From: an uncultured Gammaproteobacteria bacterium
Lineage (GTDB): Bacteria; Cyanobacteriota; Vampirovibrionia; LMEP-6097
Length of the DNA: 50,208 bases
Assembly: GCA_964410425.1 (NCBI GenBank)
Contig: CAYPGT010000003.1
Span: 4,874-55,081 of the forward strand
Direction: 5' to 3'
Shown: positions 1 through 8,708 of the stretch, in pieces
Layout of the letters: every line of letters begins with the position of its first letter
How positions within the stretch are numbered: position 1 is the stretch's first letter
Program-made: the position numbers and the translations under genes
The notes under the pieces: model-generated
Databases searched by the model: none
Told to the model about the DNA's origin: nothing
Seen by the model: the letters and a program-made list of their open reading frames with translations, nothing else

Positions 1-37
1 ATTTTAATACAAGATAAGGCAAGGAGCTATTTATTTT

Positions 38-2704
38 ATGGATATGAAAACAATGATGTTGATGGGCAAGGTAGGACAAGCTGCTACTACAAAGAGTTCT
101 AAGACTAATTGGCAGAAGATTAATCAAGCGTATCTTGAAGTACAAGATTTAAGCAAAGTATCTACCAGTAATTCAAATACTGAATTAATATCCCAAGCTG
201 AAACAGATTTCAAATCTTGGTCAGCAATGGCTGTTCAAGATTTGACTGCCGATATAGTATCCAAAGCCGAAGAGTATTTGAATAATATTAGACAAGCAGT
301 TGGTAAAGCAGGCATCACATCAGTAGTCAATGGTGTGAGAATTTTCGTAGATAGTGATCAACATTTGAAAGGCATTGCTGATCAACTATACACAACTCAT
401 GAAACAAGTAGTGCTTCATTAGTATCGTTTAGATCGCGCTGGAGACAGTTACTCTCGCTAGCTGAAAAGACAGTGCCAACATACTCTGACTTGGTCAAAG
501 CAAAAGAATTGAGTGAACAATGTCAAAAATCCCTTAGAGAAATAGTGAGAGAGAAACAGACACTACACCAAACAACACAAAAAAATGGTGAGTTGCAGCA
601 AATAGAGGCATTAGATATTGACATCAGTAAAAGATTAAGTGCTGCGCCAAAACCAGGTGACAGTCACTATCGCAGTACGCAATTCAACACTGCCATAGCA
701 ACTATCAGAGGTGAATTGCAAAAGCTTCCTAAGTCAGAGCAGACTGCATTAGTTACGGCTCAAGCATTACATGCAAGAGCAATAGCCTTGATAGAAATTA
801 GTTCGACAATCAATATAGCGCGAAGTTTTGCTGATACTAAAGGGTGGGATATTAAGGTTGAACCTGATGTTAAAGATCATGAGTATCCAGCTCGTTTTAC
901 TAGAGCTTTGAATGAACTCTTAGGTCTTGAAAAGGCACTAGCTGAATTGGAAAACAGTTCAAGTTTAACTAAAATTCTCAAGGAAGTTAGTTTCACTACT
1001 AGTCTTATTAACTCAATCATTCGTGATAACGGCGGAATGCCAGTTAAGGCTGAGACTACAGAAGCTGATTCAGCTAAACCTGTTTCACGGCAGATAGACG
1101 ATCTTTATGAAGATCTATTGACACAAGCCAAAGCTGGTCCTAAAGAATTCAGAGGTATTCGTTCAGCTGCTTACTTGGCTGTTGCTGATAAAGAAACTCA
1201 ACAAGGGAAGTTTGCTGAATTAATGAGTCAGTTATTAAAACTTAAAGAAACAGCTAAAGTAACTATTGAGCCAGAGGCACAAGCTCCTTTAGTAGCAAGA
1301 GCTGAACTTCATCATGCTGAGGCTTTAGAGATCATCAGTGAGGCAACTAAGCAAGAAATAACCAAAGTTTATGAGTCTGCTTCACAACGTGCTCTATTAG
1401 TGTCGCCACAACTTAGTCTTGATGCGGATCCTCGGCTAGAGGGAGCAGCTTATCAAGGAGTCTATGCTGATCTAGCTAGATTGCAAGCTCTAACTAAGAA
1501 AACTAGTGCTGATTTGAGCGGAGATGACCTGAATCAAGCAACAGAAACTGCTAAACAATTAGAAGCGCAATTGAGTAATGTTGGAAGGGTTGTTAGATTA
1601 AGTCAGTCATACAATGCAGCTCGTGAGAGTGCTCTAGTGGCTTGGCCTGATATTGACACTCCACCAGCAGTGCCTTTAATTAGTGGTCCTCGCGCAGTAA
1701 CACAGGCTACCTTGCAATCACTTCGTGATGTTACTCTTCCAGCTGCATTGAAGGGGCAGGTGAGTAATCAATTGTTAGCGGAGGGCATGGATCAGGTTAA
1801 CAGAATCCAATTAGCAACGACGAATAAAGATATTATTGCTAGTGTCACTGAAACACTTGACGATGCAATAACTAAAGCTAAAGCTCTTTGGGATGATATA
1901 AGCGTTACTAATTCTCATGCCGAGACTAAGAGTGCTAAAGGTGTCATAGAGAGATATTTAGCAAGTTTATACAACCTCAAACAATCTGCATGGAAACCTA
2001 ATCCGAAGGCTAATCTTATAAAAATAGCAGATATAATTTCAAAGCAATTCAACTTTGCTATAGAACAAGCACCACATGTGATTGCAATGGAACAGGCTAG
2101 AGACTCTATTAGGGATCGAATGGCTCAAGTCTATCCAAGAGCAGAAGGGGCGTTGTCAGAAGCTCAATTGAATCTAGACAGTTGCTTGCAAGGTATAGAA
2201 ACATCTATTAATTCTGCTTTACGTTCTATGGCTGAAGGTAGCGTTTCTGAGGGTTCAAGCTCAGCAGAGAAGCTTAATAAAGAAGTTCAATGGGTGTCTT
2301 CAAGAGCAGATCTTTATTTTACGCCAGATGCTATGGCTAGAGAGTTTCAGGCACTCTATATATCAGCGTGGAGCTTGGCGAGACACTACCATCCTAATAT
2401 AGGTACTGGTATTAGAGGCTCTGAGACTCCTGCAGCGCAAGTGGCTCAAGACTTACATGTATTAGATGGGTTGGCTGAGAGGCTTAAGACCGCAATCGCT
2501 GAAGGTGAAGGTCCTGAGTTTAAAGTGCTAGAGCTAATGATCAAAACAGCCCATGAAGCTATAAGCGAGATCCAGAAAGTTTCTGATCCTAATGGTGAAT
2601 TGGATTGGAATAAAGTTTCTCCTGTGGCTGATGAAGTCTTAGTGAATATATTTAATGAGCTTCCTGATGTGCTGAAGCTTCCTGATGCTGATTTAAAATC
2701 TTAA
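38..2704 (+). CDS. hypothetical 888-aa protein, A/E/L/Q/S/T-rich and probably all-helical; no domain recognised
   Basis: Long uninterrupted ORF. AAGGAG at 21-26 lies about 11 nt upstream of the ATG at 38. No signal peptide or catalytic motif seen. Confidence 0.6.
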   Translation: MDMKTMMLMGKVGQAATTKSSKTNWQKINQAYLEVQDLSKVSTSNSNTELISQAETDFKSWSAMAVQDLTADIVSKAEEYLNNIRQAVGKAGITSVVNGVRIFVDSDQHLKGIADQLYTTHETSSASLVSFRSRWRQLLSLAEKTVPTYSDLVKAKELSEQCQKSLREIVREKQTLHQTTQKNGELQQIEALDIDISKRLSAAPKPGDSHYRSTQFNTAIATIRGELQKLPKSEQTALVTAQALHARAIALIEISSTINIARSFADTKGWDIKVEPDVKDHEYPARFTRALNELLGLEKALAELENSSSLTKILKEVSFTTSLINSIIRDNGGMPVKAETTEADSAKPVSRQIDDLYEDLLTQAKAGPKEFRGIRSAAYLAVADKETQQGKFAELMSQLLKLKETAKVTIEPEAQAPLVARAELHHAEALEIISEATKQEITKVYESASQRALLVSPQLSLDADPRLEGAAYQGVYADLARLQALTKKTSADLSGDDLNQATETAKQLEAQLSNVGRVVRLSQSYNAARESALVAWPDIDTPPAVPLISGPRAVTQATLQSLRDVTLPAALKGQVSNQLLAEGMDQVNRIQLATTNKDIIASVTETLDDAITKAKALWDDISVTNSHAETKSAKGVIERYLASLYNLKQSAWKPNPKANLIKIADIISKQFNFAIEQAPHVIAMEQARDSIRDRMAQVYPRAEGALSEAQLNLDSCLQGIETSINSALRSMAEGSVSEGSSSAEKLNKEVQWVSSRADLYFTPDAMAREFQALYISAWSLARHYHPNIGTGIRGSETPAAQVAQDLHVLDGLAERLKTAIAEGEGPEFKVLELMIKTAHEAISEIQKVSDPNGELDWNKVSPVADEVLVNIFNELPDVLKLPDADLKS

Positions 2705-4755
2705 AACCTAGATTTGTAACCCAGTGGGAATGTTAGTGTTCTCTGGTTTGTTCTGGTGTATTGTAGTGCTGCAGGTGCTGCCATTAGTGCCATAACCCCC
2801 ATCAGTTGTTTTAAGCGGCTTGTATATTGTGCTTCTTTAGCATTTGGTCTGGGATAGAATTCAGCTCTTCTTCTTAATTCGTCTGTTAATCCTAGTCTGT
2901 TAGCCGCATATTTACTAGCACCAGGGACTAGCTGTAACCTAATCTTCTTAAGTCTTTCAGCGAAGACTTTACTGATAACTGGGTCGACATGACCTGTGTT
3001 AATAACTACTTTAAGAGCTTTGAGTAAATTCTTATACAGTTGAGTTTTGCTTTCATGTAGTTTGCCATCCTTACTGTATTGTGCCAGAACGGCTCTGTAA
3101 TCGCCATGCTTCAATACAGCATTAATCATATGATTAACATAGTTAGTGTCATTGATGGTTTGTTTACTGCTTTGCGCGGCTGCTTGAGCACGACCAAAAG
3201 TATGCTTTAAGGAAGATACAGGATTAAATCCATTGATAGCACTATTAGCTAAAGCATCTAATAAAACATTAGCGAAGATTTCTTTCTGTGCTGTTGTCGG
3301 TGGCGTAAGAATGATGCCATGCTCATCAAAATTACCTATCCTGACTAACAGCTTACCAGGCTTAGTAGGATGTTTTAGTACTTCTATATTTTGATTGGCT
3401 CCATGTCTATCATGATCAAAGGGTTTGCCTGTGAGCATCATATATAATTCACTAATAAGAATTGCCAGTGCGATTTCTTTTTTAAGTGAAAGTTTAGCTG
3501 GATCGTTCTTGAAAATATCATTGAAATGTTGACCTTTGAGATCTCTGCAGATCCTAAAATTTTTATTGTAATCAAAGAATCCCGGTGTATGAAACTCTAT
3601 TTCTATATTTGGTAATTCTACTCTTAGTCCTTCATAAAGCTTCTCTGCCATTTTAGCTTTCTCTGGTACTAAAGTTAAATCAGTTTCTTCTTGCATTAAG
3701 TGCTGCGTTTCTTTGAATACATCTACTATTCCTGATAAAGATTCCTTAGCATCTTGTTTCTTGCTCATCAATGCTTCCATGGCATCTATGACTAAATTTA
3801 GTGATGCTTGAGATCTTAGTCCAGCTCCAGGTTTCACTAATTGCAACACGAAATTATTTTCTTTATACTCAGGGTGTTGTTGTAAATATTCTGCTTTGAA
3901 TTTGATCGCGTAAGTATCTAAGTAAGTTCCAGCTCCTCGATGACCATCTATGGGGATCTCAATATTAGTGAATAGTTCAGGGGGAAGAGTTTTTCGGGCT
4001 TGTTTAACAAATGCCTCATAACCCATAGGATCTGCTTCTGATTTAGAGTTCTCCAAGGGAACTTTCCAAGCACTTGGAGTGTTATCGAAGCTATGGATGT
4101 TCTGAGCTAATTTGATTGCCCCAGCTTCCAAAAGAAAAGTAGATAGTCTTTTCCCGAAAATGATTTCATTCATTTCATTCGATTGATTAGTATCAATAGG
4201 ATGGTCATGTATCGCTGTTACCATGGCAGAGAGTACATTAGCAAGCATATCTATATGTCCGCCCTTACCTAAAACCGTTGCTATATAATTTGCAAAATTC
4301 ATACCGTTTTCATATGCACTAGTGCCAGGTCTCTTTTTCTCTGCGTCTTGCCTAGCTTGAGTGTTCATTGGTAGAAATTTTGGTAGTAAAGTGCTCTCAA
4401 TAAAAGTTTTATTCCTGAGTAGAAATCCTATTGATGCACCATTCACTGATATGAGATCTTTAAAGAACTCTGTTCGCTCTTCTCTACTCGAGTCCCAAAA
4501 ATCTTCATAAAACTGTCGATTGGTATCAGCTCTAGTTTCGACATCTGATTTACACAGGAAATTTATTTGATCTTCGACCTCTTGACTATTCTTTGGAGTT
4601 GCTAGTTGAGCTGCAGTCATACCAGTTAAGGGGGTTGTTCTTGTGACTTGTGGCGGATCTATTACTCGTGGTGGATCTACTACTACAGTTGCTATGTTTG
4701 CAGCTGAGGTAGTTGAGCGAGGGATAAGAGATGATAACGAGAATCTCATCAACAT
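2701..4755 (-). CDS. hypothetical 684-aa protein with a possible ABC1/UbiB-like atypical kinase fold
   Basis: Long ORF with a low-complexity S/T/P/V N-terminus. Contains FVLQLVKPGAG (compare ABC1 VAVKVQRPG), GKPFDHDRHGANQNI (compare ABC1 GFFHADPHPGN catalytic loop; nt 3385-3420) and LLVRIGNFDEHG (compare the DFG region). Confidence 0.55.
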   Translation of the reverse strand: MLMRFSLSSLIPRSTTSAANIATVVVDPPRVIDPPQVTRTTPLTGMTAAQLATPKNSQEVEDQINFLCKSDVETRADTNRQFYEDFWDSSREERTEFFKDLISVNGASIGFLLRNKTFIESTLLPKFLPMNTQARQDAEKKRPGTSAYENGMNFANYIATVLGKGGHIDMLANVLSAMVTAIHDHPIDTNQSNEMNEIIFGKRLSTFLLEAGAIKLAQNIHSFDNTPSAWKVPLENSKSEADPMGYEAFVKQARKTLPPELFTNIEIPIDGHRGAGTYLDTYAIKFKAEYLQQHPEYKENNFVLQLVKPGAGLRSQASLNLVIDAMEALMSKKQDAKESLSGIVDVFKETQHLMQEETDLTLVPEKAKMAEKLYEGLRVELPNIEIEFHTPGFFDYNKNFRICRDLKGQHFNDIFKNDPAKLSLKKEIALAILISELYMMLTGKPFDHDRHGANQNIEVLKHPTKPGKLLVRIGNFDEHGIILTPPTTAQKEIFANVLLDALANSAINGFNPVSSLKHTFGRAQAAAQSSKQTINDTNYVNHMINAVLKHGDYRAVLAQYSKDGKLHESKTQLYKNLLKALKVVINTGHVDPVISKVFAERLKKIRLQLVPGASKYAANRLGLTDELRRRAEFYPRPNAKEAQYTSRLKQLMGVMALMAAPAALQYTRTNQRTLTFPLGYKSRF

Positions 4756-4821
4756 AAAATTCTACAACAAAATGTATAGCTTTTGCGTGAATAATTTGCA
4801 TATGATCTTATTTTATACGCT

Positions 4822-6216
4822 ATGTTACAATGCTCCACTATGATGAGTTTTGGCAAAACTATTGGAGTTTGGGGGTTACCCTTTGCTATGGCAGCAGCTA
4901 CAACTGCTACGGAACCGGCTCGTGCTGATGAGAAACTTCCAGCAGCTTCTCAAATTCAACAGGCTGTAAATGAAGCTTCAGTAAGAGCACTTGCCGCTCC
5001 TGAGCACGAGCCAGTTATTTCAGATGAAAGAAAACCTATAAGTGTAGAACTTGAACCTGAAGCTGAGTTAGGACCTTTGGCTGAAGCTGATAGTAGTTTC
5101 TCTGAAAATAATATTGATTATAAGGAAACTGATTCTTATAAAAAAATCTTTGAACTTGAGAGCAATGGAGAGCTTAATCCTTTTGCTGCAAACTTTTTGG
5201 GCGAAGAACTAAAGAAATTATTGCTTGAAGGTTTAGATGAAAGTAAGTTTTTAACAGAGGTATTGGGTAAATTGCCCGAAATGGAAGAAAGTCAATCATT
5301 TGGATTGATAGATGAGTTACTGGCAGATGAGACTGTTACTCATCCTCAAGCAGGTTATTTAAGAGCTCAATTCTTTATGAGATGGGTTCGTACTCAATTA
5401 GATGATAATCCTAATAAAGACTTTGATCGAAACTTTATAGCAAATGATTTGTTTATGGATAGTACGCCATTAGATAAAGTTACACCTGTAGATATTCGAG
5501 ATATGGGTTTATTAGCGAAAATGCAATTAATTAATTCTATACATCCTTATTTAAGTGATCAATTGAAAACTCCAGAATTAGCTAGGAGGCTTGCAATAAT
5601 TGAACCTGTACTTAGCCATCCAACTTTTAATAGTTTAGATATGCATGAATTTAGTTCTGCAATTAATTTTGCAAACACAATTATTCAACTTCATAAAAAT
5701 GAGAAAATTTCTGATGAAACCTTATTAGGTTTCTTTGAGTTAGGAAGTTTAGCGCGATTATTGAACCTTAATCAAAACGTACCTAGCTTCTTTGGCGGTC
5801 AAGGGACTTATAGAGCTAAAGCATTTGAACTTTTTAATGGACTATTGCAGACTTCAATAGACAATGGAATCCTTACTAATAACGATTGGGAAGATTTATT
5901 TAGATCAACGGATATCTCTGTAATGTTAAAAAGTTGGAGTAATGGAAGTAATATGGAGCTTTACACTCCTGATAGAGAAAAGGCGTTACTGAAGTTTGCT
6001 CAAGTGCTTATTAATAATGCTCTTGAGAAAGGTGTTATATCAGCAGAAGATGCTGATCGCTACCAAGGAATACTTTCTACTGATGAATTAGATCCATTTG
6101 CTTTTTATCAAGCTTGTAATGGATTATCTCGTGCTATGAAAGAATACGGTGAAGTTCGACAGGCTAAATTTGAAGATGAATTTGAAGCTAGATTTGAAGA
6201 TGAATTTGCTAAATAA
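4822..6216 (+). CDS. hypothetical secreted protein (464 aa)
   Basis: N-terminus MMSFGKTIGVWGLPFAMAAATTATEPARA/DE looks like a Sec signal peptide with an AxA cleavage site. The true start may be the ATG at 4840 or 4843. The C-terminus carries a tandem (K/R)FEDEFEA repeat. Confidence 0.6.
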   Translation: MLQCSTMMSFGKTIGVWGLPFAMAAATTATEPARADEKLPAASQIQQAVNEASVRALAAPEHEPVISDERKPISVELEPEAELGPLAEADSSFSENNIDYKETDSYKKIFELESNGELNPFAANFLGEELKKLLLEGLDESKFLTEVLGKLPEMEESQSFGLIDELLADETVTHPQAGYLRAQFFMRWVRTQLDDNPNKDFDRNFIANDLFMDSTPLDKVTPVDIRDMGLLAKMQLINSIHPYLSDQLKTPELARRLAIIEPVLSHPTFNSLDMHEFSSAINFANTIIQLHKNEKISDETLLGFFELGSLARLLNLNQNVPSFFGGQGTYRAKAFELFNGLLQTSIDNGILTNNDWEDLFRSTDISVMLKSWSNGSNMELYTPDREKALLKFAQVLINNALEKGVISAEDADRYQGILSTDELDPFAFYQACNGLSRAMKEYGEVRQAKFEDEFEARFEDEFAK

Positions 6217-6234
6217 GCTTCAGAGTTTAGTAAT

Positions 6235-7038
6235 TTAAGCTACGAGGCTTGGTAACTGAACCCCAGAGGCGTTCCTAGTTTCACGTAAATGAATTAGAGT
6301 TCGGCTAAGATCCTTAGATGCCGCTTTGGGATCAGTTCTAGCATTCAATAAGTCATCTACATGATCTTCTATAGCTAAACCAGTTAGTTTTCTTACGTGT
6401 TCTCCTACTTTTGTCTTTTGGTCTGGTGCAAGACTATCAACATCGAATGAAGGTTGGGCTAACGTTCTAAGTGTTGTTCTCATTTCATTTTCTGGCATTT
6501 TATCTGGGTCACTCTTTGTAACTTTAGCTAGGATTTCACCAGCTGGTCTGTCGTATGCTGTACCAACATCTCCCGATGCATGTATTACAGCACCTGCTTC
6601 AAAAGTTATTGCTTCAGACTCACTAAGACCTGGATGAAGTTTGGCTTCTATATTTGCAGGGTTAAACGGGTCTCCCTTTTCGCCAACTCCTTTCCACAGA
6701 GCTGTTCCAGGATGTTCTTGAAAAACTGCTAATGCATCTGGATCTAAATGATCTCTTATTGGGTGATGTAATGCAATGGATTGTTCTCTCTGTGTTGCAG
6801 ACCCTCTTTCTCTACTGCGATTCCAATCAGCTAAATCTTGCAACACTTGAGCGTCAAATGCTCTTGAGGACTCACGAGAAATCTGTGACCTCGATCTCCC
6901 GACTTGTCTAGAGTGCGATGGGTTTTTGAGTCTACCATCTCTGCTTATATTATCTGCAGAAGTCCAAAGACCATTGCCGGGGCTCACTTCAACAGGACTC
7001 TTACGGTAGTCATAAGAAAAAAATCCACTTCCACTCAT
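6235..7038 (-). CDS. hypothetical protein (267 aa) with an S/R-rich disordered N-terminus
   Basis: ORF only; no motif recognised. Confidence 0.5.
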   Translation of the reverse strand: MSGSGFFSYDYRKSPVEVSPGNGLWTSADNISRDGRLKNPSHSRQVGRSRSQISRESSRAFDAQVLQDLADWNRSRERGSATQREQSIALHHPIRDHLDPDALAVFQEHPGTALWKGVGEKGDPFNPANIEAKLHPGLSESEAITFEAGAVIHASGDVGTAYDRPAGEILAKVTKSDPDKMPENEMRTTLRTLAQPSFDVDSLAPDQKTKVGEHVRKLTGLAIEDHVDDLLNARTDPKAASKDLSRTLIHLRETRNASGVQLPSLVA

Positions 7039-7127
7039 TCAATTACTCCCTTGTAATATTAAGCATTAAATAATACTTAATTATTAAGAAATTATATGAC
7101 GATTATGAGGTTTTTGTCAAGTTTTAA

Positions 7128-8111
7128 CTATCTATTCGGTCCTGCCCAGATTTGCTTCTGGTTACTGATCTCCAACATACGATCAATAGTGGCTTTGGCA
7201 GGGATAAGTATCTCTTCAGGAATAATTATTTCAGTATATTCTTGATCTATAGCGTCATAAAGATTCTCTAGCGAGTGGTACTTCATATTAGGACAGAGGG
7301 GTAGTGGAAACACCGTCGCGATATCCTTCTCTGGGAAGTCCGCTTGAATCCTAGCCACTAAGCCCTGTTCAGAGAGGATGATGAACTTACGTCCAGCAGA
7401 CTCTTCTACGAACTTATAGATCTCTGAAGTGCTACCCACGAAATCCGCTCTACGCCAGACTTCTGGATCACACTCGGGATGTGCGATGATTACTGCTTCA
7501 GGGTGTACTGTGCGCTGCTTGTCTACTTCAGCAGAGGTAATCTGCCAGTGCGTTGGACAGAAACCATCATAGATATGTAACTTCTTCTCTGGTAATTTAT
7601 ACTGCACCCATTCGCCCAAACCCTTATCAGGAACGAAGATTACCTCGCTACTGCTAAGTGATTTAACGATATCGACAGCATTAGTGGAAGTGCAACATAT
7701 ATCAGACTCCGCCTTAACTGCTGCAGAACTGTTTACATAGCAAACCACAGGCGCGCCTGGGTGATCTTTCTTAAACGCTCTTAAGTCATCGACATTAATC
7801 ATGTCTGCCATCGGGCAGCCTGACTGGATATCAGGGAGTAATACTTTCTTCTCGGGGCTGAGCAGCTTAGCTGTCTCTGCCATAAAATGCACACCACAGA
7901 ATGCAATGATCTCTGCATCGGTCTCCTGGGCTTGCTTTGAGAGCATTAATGAATCACCGACATAGTCCGCAACTCGTTGTACTTCAAGTCTCTGGTAGAT
8001 ATGAGTTAAGATGACAACGTTCTTAGTCCTAGCCAGCTCACGAACCTTCCCAAAAAGCTCAAGCTTATCAGCTGTTCTATCTATTACGGATTGTGCCATT
8101 ATTGGAGACAT
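7128..8111 (-). CDS. nadA: quinolinate synthase A
   Basis: Full-length match to the NadA pattern (VADYVGDSL, GVHFMAETAKLLSP, SGCPMA, CYVNSSA, HPEC). Confidence 0.9.
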   Translation of the reverse strand: MSPIMAQSVIDRTADKLELFGKVRELARTKNVVILTHIYQRLEVQRVADYVGDSLMLSKQAQETDAEIIAFCGVHFMAETAKLLSPEKKVLLPDIQSGCPMADMINVDDLRAFKKDHPGAPVVCYVNSSAAVKAESDICCTSTNAVDIVKSLSSSEVIFVPDKGLGEWVQYKLPEKKLHIYDGFCPTHWQITSAEVDKQRTVHPEAVIIAHPECDPEVWRRADFVGSTSEIYKFVEESAGRKFIILSEQGLVARIQADFPEKDIATVFPLPLCPNMKYHSLENLYDAIDQEYTEIIIPEEILIPAKATIDRMLEISNQKQIWAGPNR

Positions 8112-8173
8112 ATAGATACATAATTATACATGAAAACTAATATAGAGGTTTGTAAGCGTTGAAAGAGAGATCT

Positions 8174-8274
8174 GTCATCCCGAGGAATCTGCCGAAGGCA
8201 GATGACGTCGGGATCCAGTCATAAATATTGTGCATTCGACTGGATTGCTACGTCGCTACGCTCCTCGCAATGAC
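8174..8274 (-). repeat. intergenic repeat family A, copy A1 (full length, inverted relative to A3)
   Basis: Reverse complement aligns with 44469-44567 and 19865-19934. It has imperfect terminal inverted repeats GTCATTGCGAG / GTCATCCCGAG, a conserved central section, and the copy-specific hairpin ATCTGCC-TTC-GGCAGAT. Confidence 0.85.
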
Positions 8275-8354
8275 GGAATTATTAAGTAAATATATACTAG
8301 CTAGGCCGTTCTGGGCAAATGTTGCTAGAATCTTAGCCTTAACGGAGTTAAAAC

Positions 8355-8540
8355 ATGCCAGTACCTAAGAAAAATCATTCGCACCAAAGACAACAACAAA
8401 GAAGAGCTAACTGGAAAGGTACAGTGTTGCAGTTAACTGCCTGTTCTAATTGTGGCGTGCAAAAACGTCCTCACCATGTTTGTGATGCTTGTGGCTTCTA
8501 CAATGGTCGGAAGATCAAAGAAGTTGCAGTAGCAGAGTAG
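8355..8540 (+). CDS. rpmF: 50S ribosomal protein L32
   Basis: MPVPKKNHSH N-terminus and a CxxC...CxxC zinc ribbon (CSNCG...CDACG). GGAG upstream. Confidence 0.85.
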   Translation: MPVPKKNHSHQRQQQRRANWKGTVLQLTACSNCGVQKRPHHVCDACGFYNGRKIKEVAVAE

Positions 8541-8560
8541 CCAGAATCAAGGCAAAGTTC

Positions 8561-8704
8561 TATAGTATTTCACGAAATTAATGTACATCTGAACAAGCGG
8601 AGTAAACGGACGAGAGTTGTCTCTCTTTGTGAACGTAAGTGAGCAAAGAGAGACCTCGAGTCTCACGTAGCTTGCTCGGTACATTAATTTCGTGAAATAC
8701 TATA
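8561..8704 (+). repeat. intergenic repeat family B, copy B1 (nested palindromic element)
   Basis: Perfect 26-bp inverted repeat (8561-8586 / 8679-8704) encloses a ~92-nt core shared with 22974-23101. The core contains the 11-bp inner hairpin GTCTCTCTTTG...CAAAGAGAGAC. Confidence 0.9.
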
Positions 8705-8708
8705 ATAG

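Noticed and set aside
4586-4843. Two small ORFs (71 aa on the minus strand, 66 aa on the plus strand) around the 5' end of the 684-aa gene
   Set aside because: They overlap the N-terminal coding region or the divergent promoter region of much longer ORFs in other frames, and their sequence is low-complexity. These are shadow ORFs.
6166-6210. A 17-nt sequence ATTTGAAGATGAATTTG repeated 24 nt apart at the 3' end of the 464-aa ORF (protein repeat (K/R)FEDEFEA x2)
   Set aside because: The duplication is real but covers only two units inside a coding region, with no further copies. It is too small to interpret.
8112-8354. Considered a NAD+ (nadA-motif) riboswitch upstream of nadA, and leader elements upstream of lysA
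   Set aside because: The nadA upstream region is occupied by repeat A1, which lies upstream of the likely -10 box. lysA has essentially no 5' UTR.
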